DNA of 64,000 nucleotides from the human T2T-CHM13v2.0 reference genome, Homo sapiens, in NCBI RefSeq assembly GCF_009914755.1, contig NC_060928.1. The stretch is one strand, 5' to 3'. The notes under the pieces were generated by a model that saw only the letters and a list, made by a program, of their open reading frames with translations, did not search any database and was not told the DNA's origin. Position numbers and translations under genes: made by a program. Positions 16,001 through 30,100 of the stretch are shown one piece after another (the stretch's first letter is position 1; each line of letters begins with the position of its first letter).

Positions 16001-17205
16001 CCAGTCCCCTCGTCATTATTCCTTTCCATTCCATTTCATTCCATTCTACTCCACTCCATTCAATTCTGTAACAATCCATTACATACCATTTCATTCTAAT
16101 CCATTCCATTCCATTCCAGTCCATTCCAGTCCATTCTTCTGCACTCCATTCCATTCAATTCCACTCCACTCCACTCCAATCCACTACATTCCATTCCGTT
16201 CCATTTCATTCCACTGCACTTCTTCCCATTTCATTCCATTGCATTCCATTGCCTTCATTCCACTTCTCTCAATTCCATTACATTCCAGTCAATTCCATTC
16301 CATTCCAATCCACTCCATTCCATTCCATTCCATTCCATTCCATTCCATTGCATTCTCTTCCATTCCCTTCCATTCTATTTTATTCTCTTCCATTCTTTTC
16401 CACTCCATTCCATTCCACTCCATTCCATTCCATTCCATTCCATTCCACTCCATTCCCTTCCATTCCATTTGATGCCACTCTATTCCACTGCATTACATTG
16501 CACTCCATACCATGTCATTCCACTCTCTTTCATTCCATTCCACTAAACTCCAATCAATTGCTTTCCAAACCTTTCCACTCCATTCTACACCTTTCCATTC
16601 CATTCCTTTCCATTCCATTCCTTTCAACTCCACTCCATTTCAATCCACTCCAATCCACTCCACACCTCTCCATTCCATTCCACGCCATTCCATTCCACTC
16701 CATTTCTTTACAGTCCGCTCCATTCCATTCCACTCCACTGTATTCCACTCCATTCCACTGCATTCCATTCCATTCCACTTCACTCCACTCCATTCCACTG
16801 CATTATATTCCATTCCATTCCACTCCACTACATATCATTCTACAGTATTCCATTCCATTCCATTCCATTCCATTCGACTATACTCTACTCCACTCCAGTC
16901 CCTTCCCCTCCATTCCATTCCGTTCCATTCCATTCCTCTCCACTCCTTTCCATTCTATAACATTCCATTCCATTCCATTCCATTGCATTCCACTCCACTG
17001 CATTCCATTCCATTCGAATCCCATCCACTCCATTCCTTTCCATTCCACTCCATTCCACTCCAATCCAATCCATTCCATACCGTTCCTTTCCATTCCTCTG
17101 CAATGCACTCCAATCCAATCCATTCCATACCGTTCCATTCCATTCCACTCCATTCCACTCCATTCCATTCCATTCCATTCCATTCCATTGTATTCCATTC
17201 CATTG

Positions 17206-17930
17206 CATTGGAGACCTTTCCATTCCAATTCGTTCCTTTCGTTTCCATTTGATTCAATTCCATTCCTTTAGCTTCCACTCCATTAGTTTCTATTCCATTT
17301 GAAGGAATTTCATTCGAGTCCATTACATTTGAGTCGATTCTTTTCCATTACAGTCCATTTGATTCGATTCCTTTTCATTTTATTCGAATCCAATCCATTC
17401 AATTCCATTCTATTCAATTCCATTCCATTATAGATGGTTCCATTCTAGTATAATCCTTTCGTGTCCATTCTATTCCCCTTTATTCGATTCAATTCCATTC
17501 GATTCCATTCCTTTCGATTGCGTTCCATTCGAGTCCATTCCATTGGAGACCATTCCATTCGAGTCCATTCCATTGCACACCATTCCATTCCATTCCATTC
17601 GAGAAATGTCCATTCAAGTTCATGCCATTCGTGTCCATTCAATTCGATTCCATTCCATTAGAATCTATTCCACTAGATATCCTTACTTTCGATTCCATTC
17701 CATTTGAGTGAATTCCATTTCAGTCCATTAAATTCGAGTCCATTCTATTCCATTCCAGAGCATTCGATTCCATTCGATTTAATTCCATTCGAATCCGTTC
17801 TTTCAAGTCCATTCAATTCGATTCCATTCCATTCGAGACCATTCCATTCTAGTCCATTCCTTTTGCTTACATTCCATTCCACTTTACTCGATTCCATTCC
17901 ATTCAATTCCATTCCTTTCGATTGCATTCC
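17206..17930 (+). repeat. HSat3 island of the CGATTC/GAGTC dialect
   Basis: Abrupt appearance of cattcgagtc, cgattcc and ggagacc, with near loss of ccactcc. Confidence 0.8.
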
Positions 17931-20900
17931 ACTCACAGCTCCATTCCACTCCGTTACATTCCACTTCAATACCCTGCTTTCCATTTCACACACCATTCAA
18001 TTCCACTCCATTCCATTTGACTCCACGCCATTCCTTTGCACTCCACTTCTTTCCATTCCACTCAACTCCATTCCATTCCATTCTACGGCATTCCATTCCC
18101 TTCCACTCCACTCCATTTCATGCCAATCCACTGCATTACCTTAAATTCCACTCCATTCCAACCCATTCCACACCACTCCATTGCACTCTATTTCATTCCA
18201 ATCCACTCCACTCCATTGCATTCCACTACATTCCATTCACTCCATTCAATTCCACTCCATCCCATTCCATTCAATTCCATTCCACTCCACTCCTCTCCAT
18301 TCCATTCCATTCCATTAATGCATTTCATTCCATTCCACTCCAATCCACTCCACTCCAGTCCACTCCACTTCACTCCACTCCACTACATTCCATTCCATTC
18401 CATTTTATTCCATTCATTTACTTACCACTACACTCCACTCCATTCCATTCCACAGCACTCCAGCCCATTCCATTCTATTCCATTCCATTCCACTTCATTC
18501 CATTCCATTCCATTCCTCTCCATCCCATTCCATTCCACTCAACTCCATTCCACTTCATTACATTCCAAGCAATCCACTCCATTACATTTCACACACCATT
18601 CCATTCCCCTCCATTGCATTGCAATCCACGCCACTCCATTCCACTCCACTTCATTCCATTCCACTCAACTCCATTCTATTCCTTTCCAAGGCATTCCATT
18701 CCATTACACTCCACTCCATTCCCTGTCCTTCCACTACATTCCGTTAAACTCTACTGCATTCCATACCATTCCACACCACTCCATTCCACTCTATTCCATT
18801 CCAATGCACTGCACTCCATTCTATTCCTCACCATTCCATTCCACTCCATTCCAATCCACTCCATTCCATTCCATTCCACTCCACTCCGTTCCATTCCACT
18901 CAACTCCATTCCATTCCATTCTATTCCATTCCGTTAACTTCCATTCCACTCCAGTCCATTCCACTCAATTCCACTCCACTCCTTTCCAATACATACCATT
19001 CCACTTCACTGCATTCCACTCCATTCCTTTCAAATCCATTCCAGTCTTCTCCACTCGATTCCACTCTATTTCACTCCCTTCTTTTCCACTCCATTCCATT
19101 CCACTCCATTGCAATCCACTCCATTCCATTCCACTCCATTTAATTTCATTCCATTACCCTCCACAATAATCCAGTCTATTCCATTCCACTCCACTCCACA
19201 CCATTCTATTACACTCCATTCCAATCCATTCCATTCCACTCCATTCCACTGTATTCCACTCGACTCCTCTCCCCTGCACTCCATTCCATTCCATTCCACT
19301 CCACTCCACTCCATTCCATTCCATTCCATTCCATGTCATGCCATTCCACTCCACTCCATTCCACTTTGCTTCATTCTACTCTATTCCATTCCAGTCCACT
19401 CCACTCCATTCCAATATATTCCATTCCACTCCATTTCATTCCACTCCTCTTCATTCCATTTCATTCCCCTCCACTCCTCTCCATTCCACTCCATTGCATT
19501 CCATTCCATTCCATTCCATTCTAATCCATTCTATTGTATTCCATTCCGTTCCATTCAATTCCATTCTACACTAATCCACTCCACTCCACTGCACTCCATT
19601 CAATTCCATTGCATTCCATTGCATTCCATTCCATTCTATTATATTCCACTCCAATCTATTCCATTCAACTCTTCTCCATTCTATTCCATTCTTTTCCACT
19701 CCTCTCCATTCCATTCCACTGCACTCCATTCCATTGCATTCTATTCCCTTCCATTCCATTCCATTGCATTCCATTCCATTCCAATCCATTCCAAACCATT
19801 CCACTCCCCTCCACTCCATTCCATTCCAGTCCACTCCATTCCATAGCATTCCATTCCTTTCCTTTCCATTCTATTGTATTCCATTTCATTCCACTCCACT
19901 ACGCTATCCTCCTCTCCTTTCCGTTCCATTCCATTCCATTGCTTTCCATTCCACACCATTCCATTCCATTCAAAACCAGTGCACTCCATTTCGTTCCATT
20001 CCATTCCACTCCACTCCATTCCATTCCACTCCACTCCATTCCATTCCATTCCACTCCGCTCCAATCCCCTCCATTCCATTCCTCTCTATTCCATTCTATT
20101 CCTTTCGATTCCGCTCCTTTGCTCTCCACTCCACTCCATTCCTTTCCATTCCATTCCATTACATTCCAATCCATTCATTTCCATCCCACTCCAATGCACT
20201 ACTCTACACTCCATTCCATTCCATTCCATTCCTCTCAAAACCATTCCACTCCTTCCCATTCCACTCCATTCCATTCCACTCATATCCAATCCATTCCATT
20301 CCACTCATATCCAATCCATTCCATTCCATTCAATTCGATTCCACTTCATTCCATTCCACTCCATTCCATTAGACTGAAATCCAATCCATTACTTTCCATT
20401 CCAATTCACTCCACTCCACTGCTCTCCACTCCATTTCATTCCATTCCACTCCAGCACATTACACTTCCTTCTACGAAACTCCAATCCACTCCATTCCATT
20501 CCACTCCACTGGACTCCATTCTACTCCATACAATTCCAGTCCATTCCGTTCCACTCCACTGCATTCCATTCCACTCCATTCCACTCCATTCCACTCCACT
20601 GCAGTCTGCTCTTCTCCAGTCCACTCCACTCTATTCCATTCCACTACCTTCCACTCCATTCCACACCATTCCACTACATTCCACTCCATTCTACTGCATT
20701 TCACTCCACTGCAATCCACTCCATTCCACTCCATTCTACTTCATTCCACTCCATGCTTCTCCACTCCATTCCACTTCAATCCATTCCATTCCACTACACT
20801 CAATTCCACCCAATTCCTCTCCAATCCATTCTAATCCATTCCTTTAATTTCCACTCAACCCCACAACACTCCATTCCACTCCATTCCATTCCATTCCATT

Positions 20901-21165
20901 GCATTCCACTCAATTCCATTCCACTCCATTCCATTCCTCTCCATTTCCTTCCATTCCTTTCCATTCCATTTCATTCCACTCCATCCCATTCCATTCCTCT
21001 GCACTGCAATCCATTCCACTCCATTCCGTTCCACTCCATTTCCTTCCATTCCTTTCCATTCCATTTCATTCCACTCCATCCCATTCCATTCCTCTGCACT
21101 GCACTCCATTCCACTGCAATACATTCCATTCCATTCCCCTCTACTCCATTCCATTGTATTACGTT
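17931..21165 (+). repeat. HSat3 subdomain, CACTC-rich dialect resumed
   Basis: ccactccatt runs return; TCGA is rare. Confidence 0.85.
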
Positions 21166-24100
21166 CCATTCGATTCCATTCAAATCCATTTGAGTCCATT
21201 CCATTCCAGTCCCTTCCATTCGCTGGCATTCCATTCGATTGCATTCCATTGGAGTCCATTCCATTCGAGTCAATTTCATTCGAGTCCATTCCATTCCAGT
21301 CCATCACTTTCCATTCCATTCCATTCTATTCCATTCCATTCTTTCCATTCCATTCCAGTCCATTACATTCGATTCCATTCCATTCCATTCTATTCCATGC
21401 CATTCTTTCCATTCCATTCCATTAGAGTCCATTCCATTCAAGACCATTCCTTTCCTGTCCATTCCATTTGAGTCCCTTCGATTGTAATGCATTCCATTCC
21501 ATTCCATTCCATTCCATTCAAGACCATTCCATTCCAGTCCATTCCGTTTGAGTCCCTTCCCTTCCAATGCATTCGATTCGATTCCATTCCATTTGATTCC
21601 ATTCCTTTCAATTCCATTCCATTCAATTGTTATCCATTCGAGTCCAATCCAAAGAAGTCCAATTCATTCTAGTGCATGATTCCATTCCTTTTGATTCCAT
21701 TCCATTCGATTCCTTTCCTTTCAATTGCATTCCATTCAACTCCATTCCAGTGGAATCCATTCCATTCGAGTCCATTACATTCGGGTACATTCCATTCCAG
21801 TCCATTACATTTGATTCCATTTCATTCCATACTATTCCATTGCATTCCATTCAAGTCCATACCCTTCGAGTCCATGCCATTCCAGTCCATTATATTCGAG
21901 TCCATTCCATTCCATTCCATTGCATTTCATTTCGCTCCATTCCATTCGAGTCCTTTCCATTCAAGTCCATTACATTTGAGTCCATTCCCTTCCCTTCCAT
22001 TCCATTCCATTCCATGTGATTCCATTCCATTCCCGTCCATTCCATTCGAATCAGTAAATTTCTATTCCATTCCATTCCTTTCCTTTCCATTCCATTTCTT
22101 TCCATTCGAGTCTTTTTCATTCCTTTCCTTTGCATTCGAGACAGTTCCATTCTGATCCATTCAATTAGAGTCCATTCCATTCGATTCCATTCCATTAGAT
22201 TCCATTCTATTCGACTGCATTCCATTCGAGTCCATTCCATTCCATTCCATTGCATTCTATTCCATTCCATACGATTCCACTCAATTCCAGTCCATTCCAT
22301 TTGAATCCTTTCCAGTCCATTGCATTCCATTCTATTCCATTCCATTTCATTCCCTTCCATTCGAATCCATTCCATTCCATACCATTCCATTCCATCTCAT
22401 TTTGTTCGATTCCATTCCTTTCCAGTCCAATCCTTTCGAATCAATTGCATTCCGTTTCATTAGATTCTATTCCGTTCGATTTCATTCCATGCAATTACAT
22501 TCCAGGCCATTCCTTTCGATTCGATTCCATTCCATTCCATTCCTTTCCATTCCATTTCATTCCATTCCATTCAATTTTATTCCACTCCTATCCATTCCAT
22601 TCAATTCCATTCGAGACAATTCCATTCAAATCCATTCAATTGAAGTCCATTCCATTCTATTCCATTCCAGCTGATTCCTTATCATTTGATTACATTCCAT
22701 TCGAGTCAACTCCATTTGATTCTATTTCTTTCGATTCCATTCCTGTCTATTCCAATCCATTTGGGTCCACTTTAATCAAGACGATTCCAGTCAAGTCCAT
22801 TCCTTTCGAGTCCATTCCATTCAAGTCCAATATATTCCATTCCATTCAATTTCCTTTCATTAGAGTGCTTTCGATTTTTTTTGTTTCTTTGGATTCAAAT
22901 CCATTAGAATCCATTCCATTTGATTCCGTTCCGTTCGACTCCATTCCATTCTAATCCATTCCATTCCAGTTCAGTAGATTCGAGTACATTCCATTCCATT
23001 GCAGTCCATTCCATTCCATTCCATTCCATTCAATTCTTTTCCATTCCATTCGATTCTATTCCATTCCTTTCCATTCCACTCCATTCCATTCCATTCACTT
23101 CCATTCCATTCGATACCATTCCTTTCCAATCCATTCAATCATAGTTCTTTCCGTTCGATTGTATTCCATTTGATTCCATTCCATTTGATTACCTTCCTTT
23201 TGAGTCCATTCCTTTTGATTCCATTCCATTCGATTCCATTCCGGTCGAGTCCGTTCCATTCAGTCAATTACATTCGAGTCCATTCTATTCCCTTCAATTC
23301 CGTTCCATTCCATTCGATTCCATTCCATTCGAATCCATTCCTTTGAATTCCAATCCATTCGTCTCCACTTTATTCCAGAGGGTTCCATTCCAGTCTATTC
23401 CTTTCGAGTCCATTCCATTCCAGTCCAGTCCTTTCCATTCCATTCGATTCCCATCCATTTGATTCCATTCCATTCATTTCCATTCCTTGTAATTCCATTC
23501 CATTGGATTCCATTCCTTTCGATTCCTTTCCATTCGACTCCATTCCTTTTGAGGCCATTCCATTCAGTCCATTTCATTCGAGTACATTCCATTCCATTCC
23601 AGTCAATTCAGTTGTGTCAATTTCATTCCATACCACTCCAATCTTTTCCGTTCCATTCAATTCCATTTGATATCATTCCATTTGATTCCATTCCATTCGA
23701 GACCGTTCCATTCCAGTTCAGTCCATTCATGTCCATTCCATTTTATTCCATTCCATCAGATTCCATTCCATTGCAATCCATTCCATTCGAGTTTATTCCA
23801 TTTGAGTTAATTCCATTCCCGTTCATTGCGTTCCAGTCCATTCCATGTGATTCCATTCCATTTGATTCTATTCCATTCCATTCCATTCCAATCCATTCCA
23901 TTCCATTTGACTCCATTCGATTCCGTTCTATAACATTCCATTCCATTTCATTCCATTCCATTCGAGTTCATTCCATTGGAGTCCATTCCATTCTAGTTCA
24001 TTCAATTCCACACCATTCCATTCGGTTCCCTTCTATTCGATTCCATTCCATTCCATTCAATTCCGTTAGATTCCATTCAGTTTCATTCGATTCCACTCCA

Positions 24101-27100
24101 TTCTATTCCGTTCCATTCCACTTGAGATGATTCCATTCCATTCCATTCCATTCGAGTCCATTCCATTCGATTCCATTCCATTCGCTTCCATTCATTTCCA
24201 GTCCATTCCATTATATTCCATTCCATTCCATTCCATTCAAATCCATTCTATTCAATTCCTTTCCATTTCATTCGATTCTTTTCCATTTAATTCGATTCCA
24301 TTAGATTCCATTACATGCCATTCCATTCCAATTGATTTCCGGGCATTCCATTCAATTCCATTCCATTTCTTTCCTTTCCATTCCATTGGAATCCATTGCG
24401 ATCAATTCCATTCCATTCCACTCCATTCTATTCCATTCGAGTCAATTCCATTCCTTTCCATTGTATTATGTTCCATTCCATTCCCTTTGAGTCCATTCGA
24501 TTCGAGTCCATTCAACTCCATTCCATTCCATTCTATTCTTTTCCATTATAATCTATTCCATTCCATTCCATTCCATTCAATTCGATTTGATTCCATTCCA
24601 TTCGCATCGATTGCATTCAATTTCATTCCATTCGTGTGCATTCCATTCGAGTACATTACATCCCAGTCTGTTCCAATGCATTGCATTCCATTCCATTCCA
24701 CTGGATTTCATTCCATTCGATTAAATTGCATTCGATTCCTTTGCACTCGAGTGCATTCCATTCGAGTCCATTCCATTGCAGTCCATTACATTGTATTCCA
24801 TTCCATTCCATTCCATTTTATTCCATTCTAGTCTTTCCATTGCATTGAATTCCATTCCCTTTCATCCCATTACATTACACTGGACAGCATTCGAGTCGGA
24901 CACATTCAATTCGACTCCATTTCATTCGATTCCATTCCATTCGAGTCCATTCCATTCCATTCCATTCCATTCCATTCCATTCCATTCCATACAGTTCCAC
25001 TCAATTCCAGTCCATTCTTTTCGAATCCTTTCCAGTCCACTTCATTCCATCCCATTCCATTCAATTTCATTCCATTTTATTCGATTCCATTCCATGCCAT
25101 TCCATTCCATTCGAATCGATTCCATTCCTTTCCATTCCATTCAATTCCATTTCATTCCATTCCATTCCATTCGAATCCTTTGGATTCCATTCTATTCCAT
25201 TCAGTTTGTTTTCAATCAGTTCCTTTCCATTCCATTTCATTCCATTCCATTCCATTGCATTTTATTTGATTCGATTCCATTTGATTGCTTTCTGTTCGAG
25301 TACATTCCATGGGAGTCCATTCCATTCACTTCTATTCTATTCCAATCGATTACATTCCATTCGATTCAATTCCATTCCACTCCATTGCTTTCCATTAGAG
25401 ACAATTACATTCCAGTCCATTTCATTCGAGTCCATCGCATTCCACTCCATTCCATTTGATTCCATTCCATTGGATTCCAATCCATTCTATTCCATTCCAC
25501 TCCATTCTATTTCATTCCTTTGGATTCCATTCCAATGGAGCTCACTACATTCGAGTCCTTTCCAATCCATTCTTTTCCTTCCCATTCCATTCCATTTCAT
25601 TCCATTCGGTTATATTACATTACATTGAAAGCCATTCCATTCAAATACATTCCATTACAATCAACTACATTCCACTCCATTACATTCAAGTCCATTCCTT
25701 TCCATTCCATTCCAATCCATTTTATTCCATTCGAGTCCGTTCCATTCGAGTCCATTGCATTCCAGCCCATAATATTGGAGTCCTTTCCATTCCATTACAC
25801 TCTACTCCATTTGAGTCCATTCCATTCGAGTACATTCCATTTGAATCAATTCCATTCCATTCCATTAGATTCTATTTCATTCGATTCCATTCCCTTTGAT
25901 TCCATTCCTTGTCATTCCATTCCATTCAATTCGTTTCCATTCCATCCCACTCCATTCCTTTCCTTTCCATTCGATTCCATTTCATTCCATTGCCTTTAAT
26001 ACTATTCCATTTCATTCCATTCAATTCCATTCCTTTCAAGACCATTCCATTCCAATCCATTCCATTAGAGTCCATTCCATTGGATTCCATTCCATTTGAT
26101 TCCATTCCTTTTGTTTCCATTCCATTCGATTCCATTCCGTTCCAGTCCATTACTTTCCAGTCTATTCCATTCCAGTCCATTTAATTCCATTTGATTCCAT
26201 TTGATTGCATTTCATTCCATTACTTTCAATTCCATTCGATTCCATTCCATTCCAGTCCATTACTTTCCAGTCTATTCCATTCCAGTCCATTTAATTCCAT
26301 TTGATTCCATTTGATTGCATTTCATTCCATTCCTTTCAATTCCATTCCTTTCGAGGCCATTCCATTCCAATTTATTGAATTCGATTCCATTCCATTCGAT
26401 ACCATTCCTTTTGATTCCATTGCATGCAAGTGCATTCCGTTCCATTCCACTCCATTCCATTGTGTTCAATTCCATTCCATGCAATTGCATTCCATACAAT
26501 TCTATTCCATTCCATTCCGTTCCATTCCATTCCATTTTAGTACATTCTTTTCCATTCCTTTCCATTGCATTCAAGGCCATGCCATTCCATTCCATTCCAT
26601 TCCATTCCATTCCATTCCATTCCATTCCATTCCTTTCAATTCCATTCCATTTCATTCCTTTTGGTTCAATTCGAATCCATTGCATTCCTTTCTGTGTCAT
26701 GCCATTCCTTTCGTTTCCATTCCATTCCATTCCTTTACATTACATTATATTCGATTCCATTGCATTTGATTCCATCTCTTGCCATTCCATTACATTCGAT
26801 TCCACTACTTTCCATTCCATTGCAGTCCGTTTCGTTCCATTCCATTCGAGTATATTCCATTCCATTCCATTCCATTCCATTCCATGCCATGACATTCCAT
26901 TCACTTCCATTCCATTTCATTCCATTCCGTTCCATTTGAATCCATTCCATTCCATTCCTTTCAAATCGTTTCCATTCCTTTCCATTCCATTCTGATCTAT
27001 TCCATTCCCTTTGAGTCCATTCCATTTGAGTCCATTCCGTCACATTCCATTCCATTCCATTCTATTCCATTCCATTCCATTCCATTCCATTTGATTCAAT

Positions 27101-30100
27101 TCAATTCGATATCATTCCACTCGATTCCAATCCATTCAATTCTGTTCCATTCGAGTACATTCCTTTCGAGTCCGTTACATTCCACTCCATACCAATCCAT
27201 TCAATTCCTTTCCATTCCATTCCATTCCATTCCATTGAATTTGTTTCAGTTCAATTAAATTCCATTTGATTCCATTGCAGTCGCTTCTATTCCATTTGAC
27301 TCCATTCCAATTCAGTCGATTATGTTCGAGTCGATTGCATACAATTCCATTCAATTCCATTCCGTTTCATTACATTCGAGTCTTTCCATTCCATTCGAGA
27401 CAATTCTTTCGGATCCATTCAATTCGAGTCCATTCCAATCGATTCCGTTCAATTAGATTCCATTCCATTTTATTCCATTCCATTCCAGTCCACTCCATTT
27501 TACTCCATTCCATTCCATACAATTCCACGCAATTCTAGTCCATTTCATTTGATTCCTTTCAAGTCCATTCCATTCCATTCCATTCCATTACACTACATTC
27601 CATTCCACTCCATTCCAATTTTTTGATTCCATTCCATTCCAGTCCATTCCATTCAAATAAATTCTATTCCATTCCATTAGATTTTATGATAATCAATTCC
27701 ATTTTTTTCGATTCCATTCCATGCCATTCCATTCCACTCCATTCCAATACATTCCATTCAATTCCCTTCCATTTCATTCCATTACGTTCCATTCGAATCC
27801 ATTCCATTCCCTTCCATTCCATTTGATTCCATCATATTCCATTCCTTTCCATTCGATTCCTTTCCATTGATTTCCATTCCATTTCGTTGCGTTCCATTCC
27901 ATTAGAGTCCATTCCTTTTCATTCCATTCCACACCACTCCAATCAATTGCATTCGTGTGCATTCCATTCCATTCCATTCCATTCTATTCCATTCTATTCT
28001 GTTCCCTTTGAGTCCATTCCATTAGAGTCCATTCCATTATATTCCCTTATTTTCCATTCAATTCCATTCCATTCCTTTCCATTCCATTCGCTTCCATTCC
28101 ATTTGATTCCCTTCCGTTCAATTCCATTCAATTCGATTCCATTCCTTTTGAGTCTATTCCATTCCAGTCCATTGCATTCCATTCCAATCCATTCCATTCC
28201 CTTCCATTCAATACCGTTCCATAACAATCCATTCAATTCAAGTCCCTTCCATTCTATTCCATTCCATTTGATTCCATTCCATTCGAATACATTCCTTCGA
28301 GCCCATTCCATTTGATTCCATTCCATTCGAGTCTATTCCATTCAGTCCATTTCATTCCAGTCCATTCTATTACATTCCAGTCCATTCCATTCCATTCGAT
28401 TCCATTCCATTCAATTCCATACCTTTCAGTTCCAATCCATTCGGGTCCATTTCATTCGGAACGGTTCCATTCCAGTCCATTCCTTTCGAGTCCATGCCAT
28501 TCCAGTCCACTCCTTTCCATTCCATTTTATTCCCTTCCATTCGAGTCCATTCCATTCCTTTCCAATCCTTGTGATTGCATTCCATTGGATTCCATTCCAT
28601 TCGATTCCATTCCGTTAGACACAATTCGAATCAACTCCATTCCATTCCAGTTCATTACTTTCATGTACATTCCATTCCATTCTAGTCAATTCGATTGACT
28701 CCATTTCATTCCATTCCTTTTCATTCTATTGCTTTCCATTCTTTTCATTTTCTTTCCATTCCAATTGATTCCATTCCATCCGATTCCATTCCATTGGAGA
28801 CCGTTCTATTTCAGTTCATTCCATTCGGGTCGTATCGATTCTATTCCATTCCACTAGATTCCATTCCATTCGATTCCATTCCATTCGATTCCATTAAATT
28901 TTATTCCATTCCATTCAATTGCATTCCATTCGAGTCCATTCCATTGGAGACCATTGCATTCGAGTCCATTCCATTCCAGACCACTCATATCCATTCAATG
29001 CGAATCCATTCCATTTGAATCCGTTCCATAGGAGTCCATTCCTTTCCAGTTGAATCTGTTACAGTCCATTCCATTCGGTTCTATTCCATTCCATTCCATT
29101 CCATTCCATTCCTTTCCAATCCATTCCATTCCATTCGACTGCATTATATTTCATTCCATACCCTTCCATTCCATTCGATTCCATTCTATTGAATTCCATT
29201 CCATTCATGTTCTTTCCCTTGTAGTCCATTCCATTCCACTCAATTCCATTCCAGGCCATTCCATGTGAATAAATTCCCTTCCATTCCATTCCATTCCAGT
29301 CCATTCCATTGGAATCAATTCCATTCCATTCCATTAGATTCTATTCCTTTCAATTCCGTTCCGTTCTGTGCCATTCCATGCCTTTACATTGCATTTGATT
29401 CCATTCCATTCCATTCCTTTCCATTCTATTCGATTCCATTCCATTTCATTCCGTTATACTCCATTCCATTCCATTCAATTCCATTCCATTCCAGACCGTT
29501 CCATTCCAATCCATTAAATTTAAGTCCATTCTATTTGATTCCATTCCGTTTGATTACATTTCATTCGAGTCCATTTCATTTGATTCCATTCCATTTGATT
29601 CCATTCCATTTGATTCCATTCCATTCGTGACCAATCCATTAGAGACTATTACATTCGATTTGATTCAATTCCAGACCATTCGCGTCCATTCCATTCGAAT
29701 CCTTTCAATTCGAGTCCATTCTATTCGAGTCCATTCCATTAGATTCCGTTCCAGTCCATTCCATTCCTTTCCATTCCATTCGAGACTGCTCCATTCCAGT
29801 TCATTCCATTAGTGTCCATTCGATTCTATTGCATTCAATTAGAGTCCATTCCATTCAATACCATTCCGTTCGATTCCACTCCATTCGGTTCCATTGCAGT
29901 CGATTGCATTCCATTCGAGTCCATTCCTTTCGATTGCATTCCATTTGATTCCATTCCTTTTGAGTCTATTCCATTCCAGTCCATTCCAATCGAGTCCATT
30001 CCATTCCATTCTATTTCATTCCAGTCCATTCCTTTTGATTCCATTCCATTCGATTCCATTCCGTTCGATTGCATTCCATTCGAGTACATTCCATTCGAGT

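Larger units (their letters stand above)
1..17205 (+). repeat. HSat3 subdomain, CACTC-rich dialect (CCATT mixed with CCACT), no Alu fragments
   Basis: Abundant ccactccact runs; G and TCGA are rare. Confidence 0.88.
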
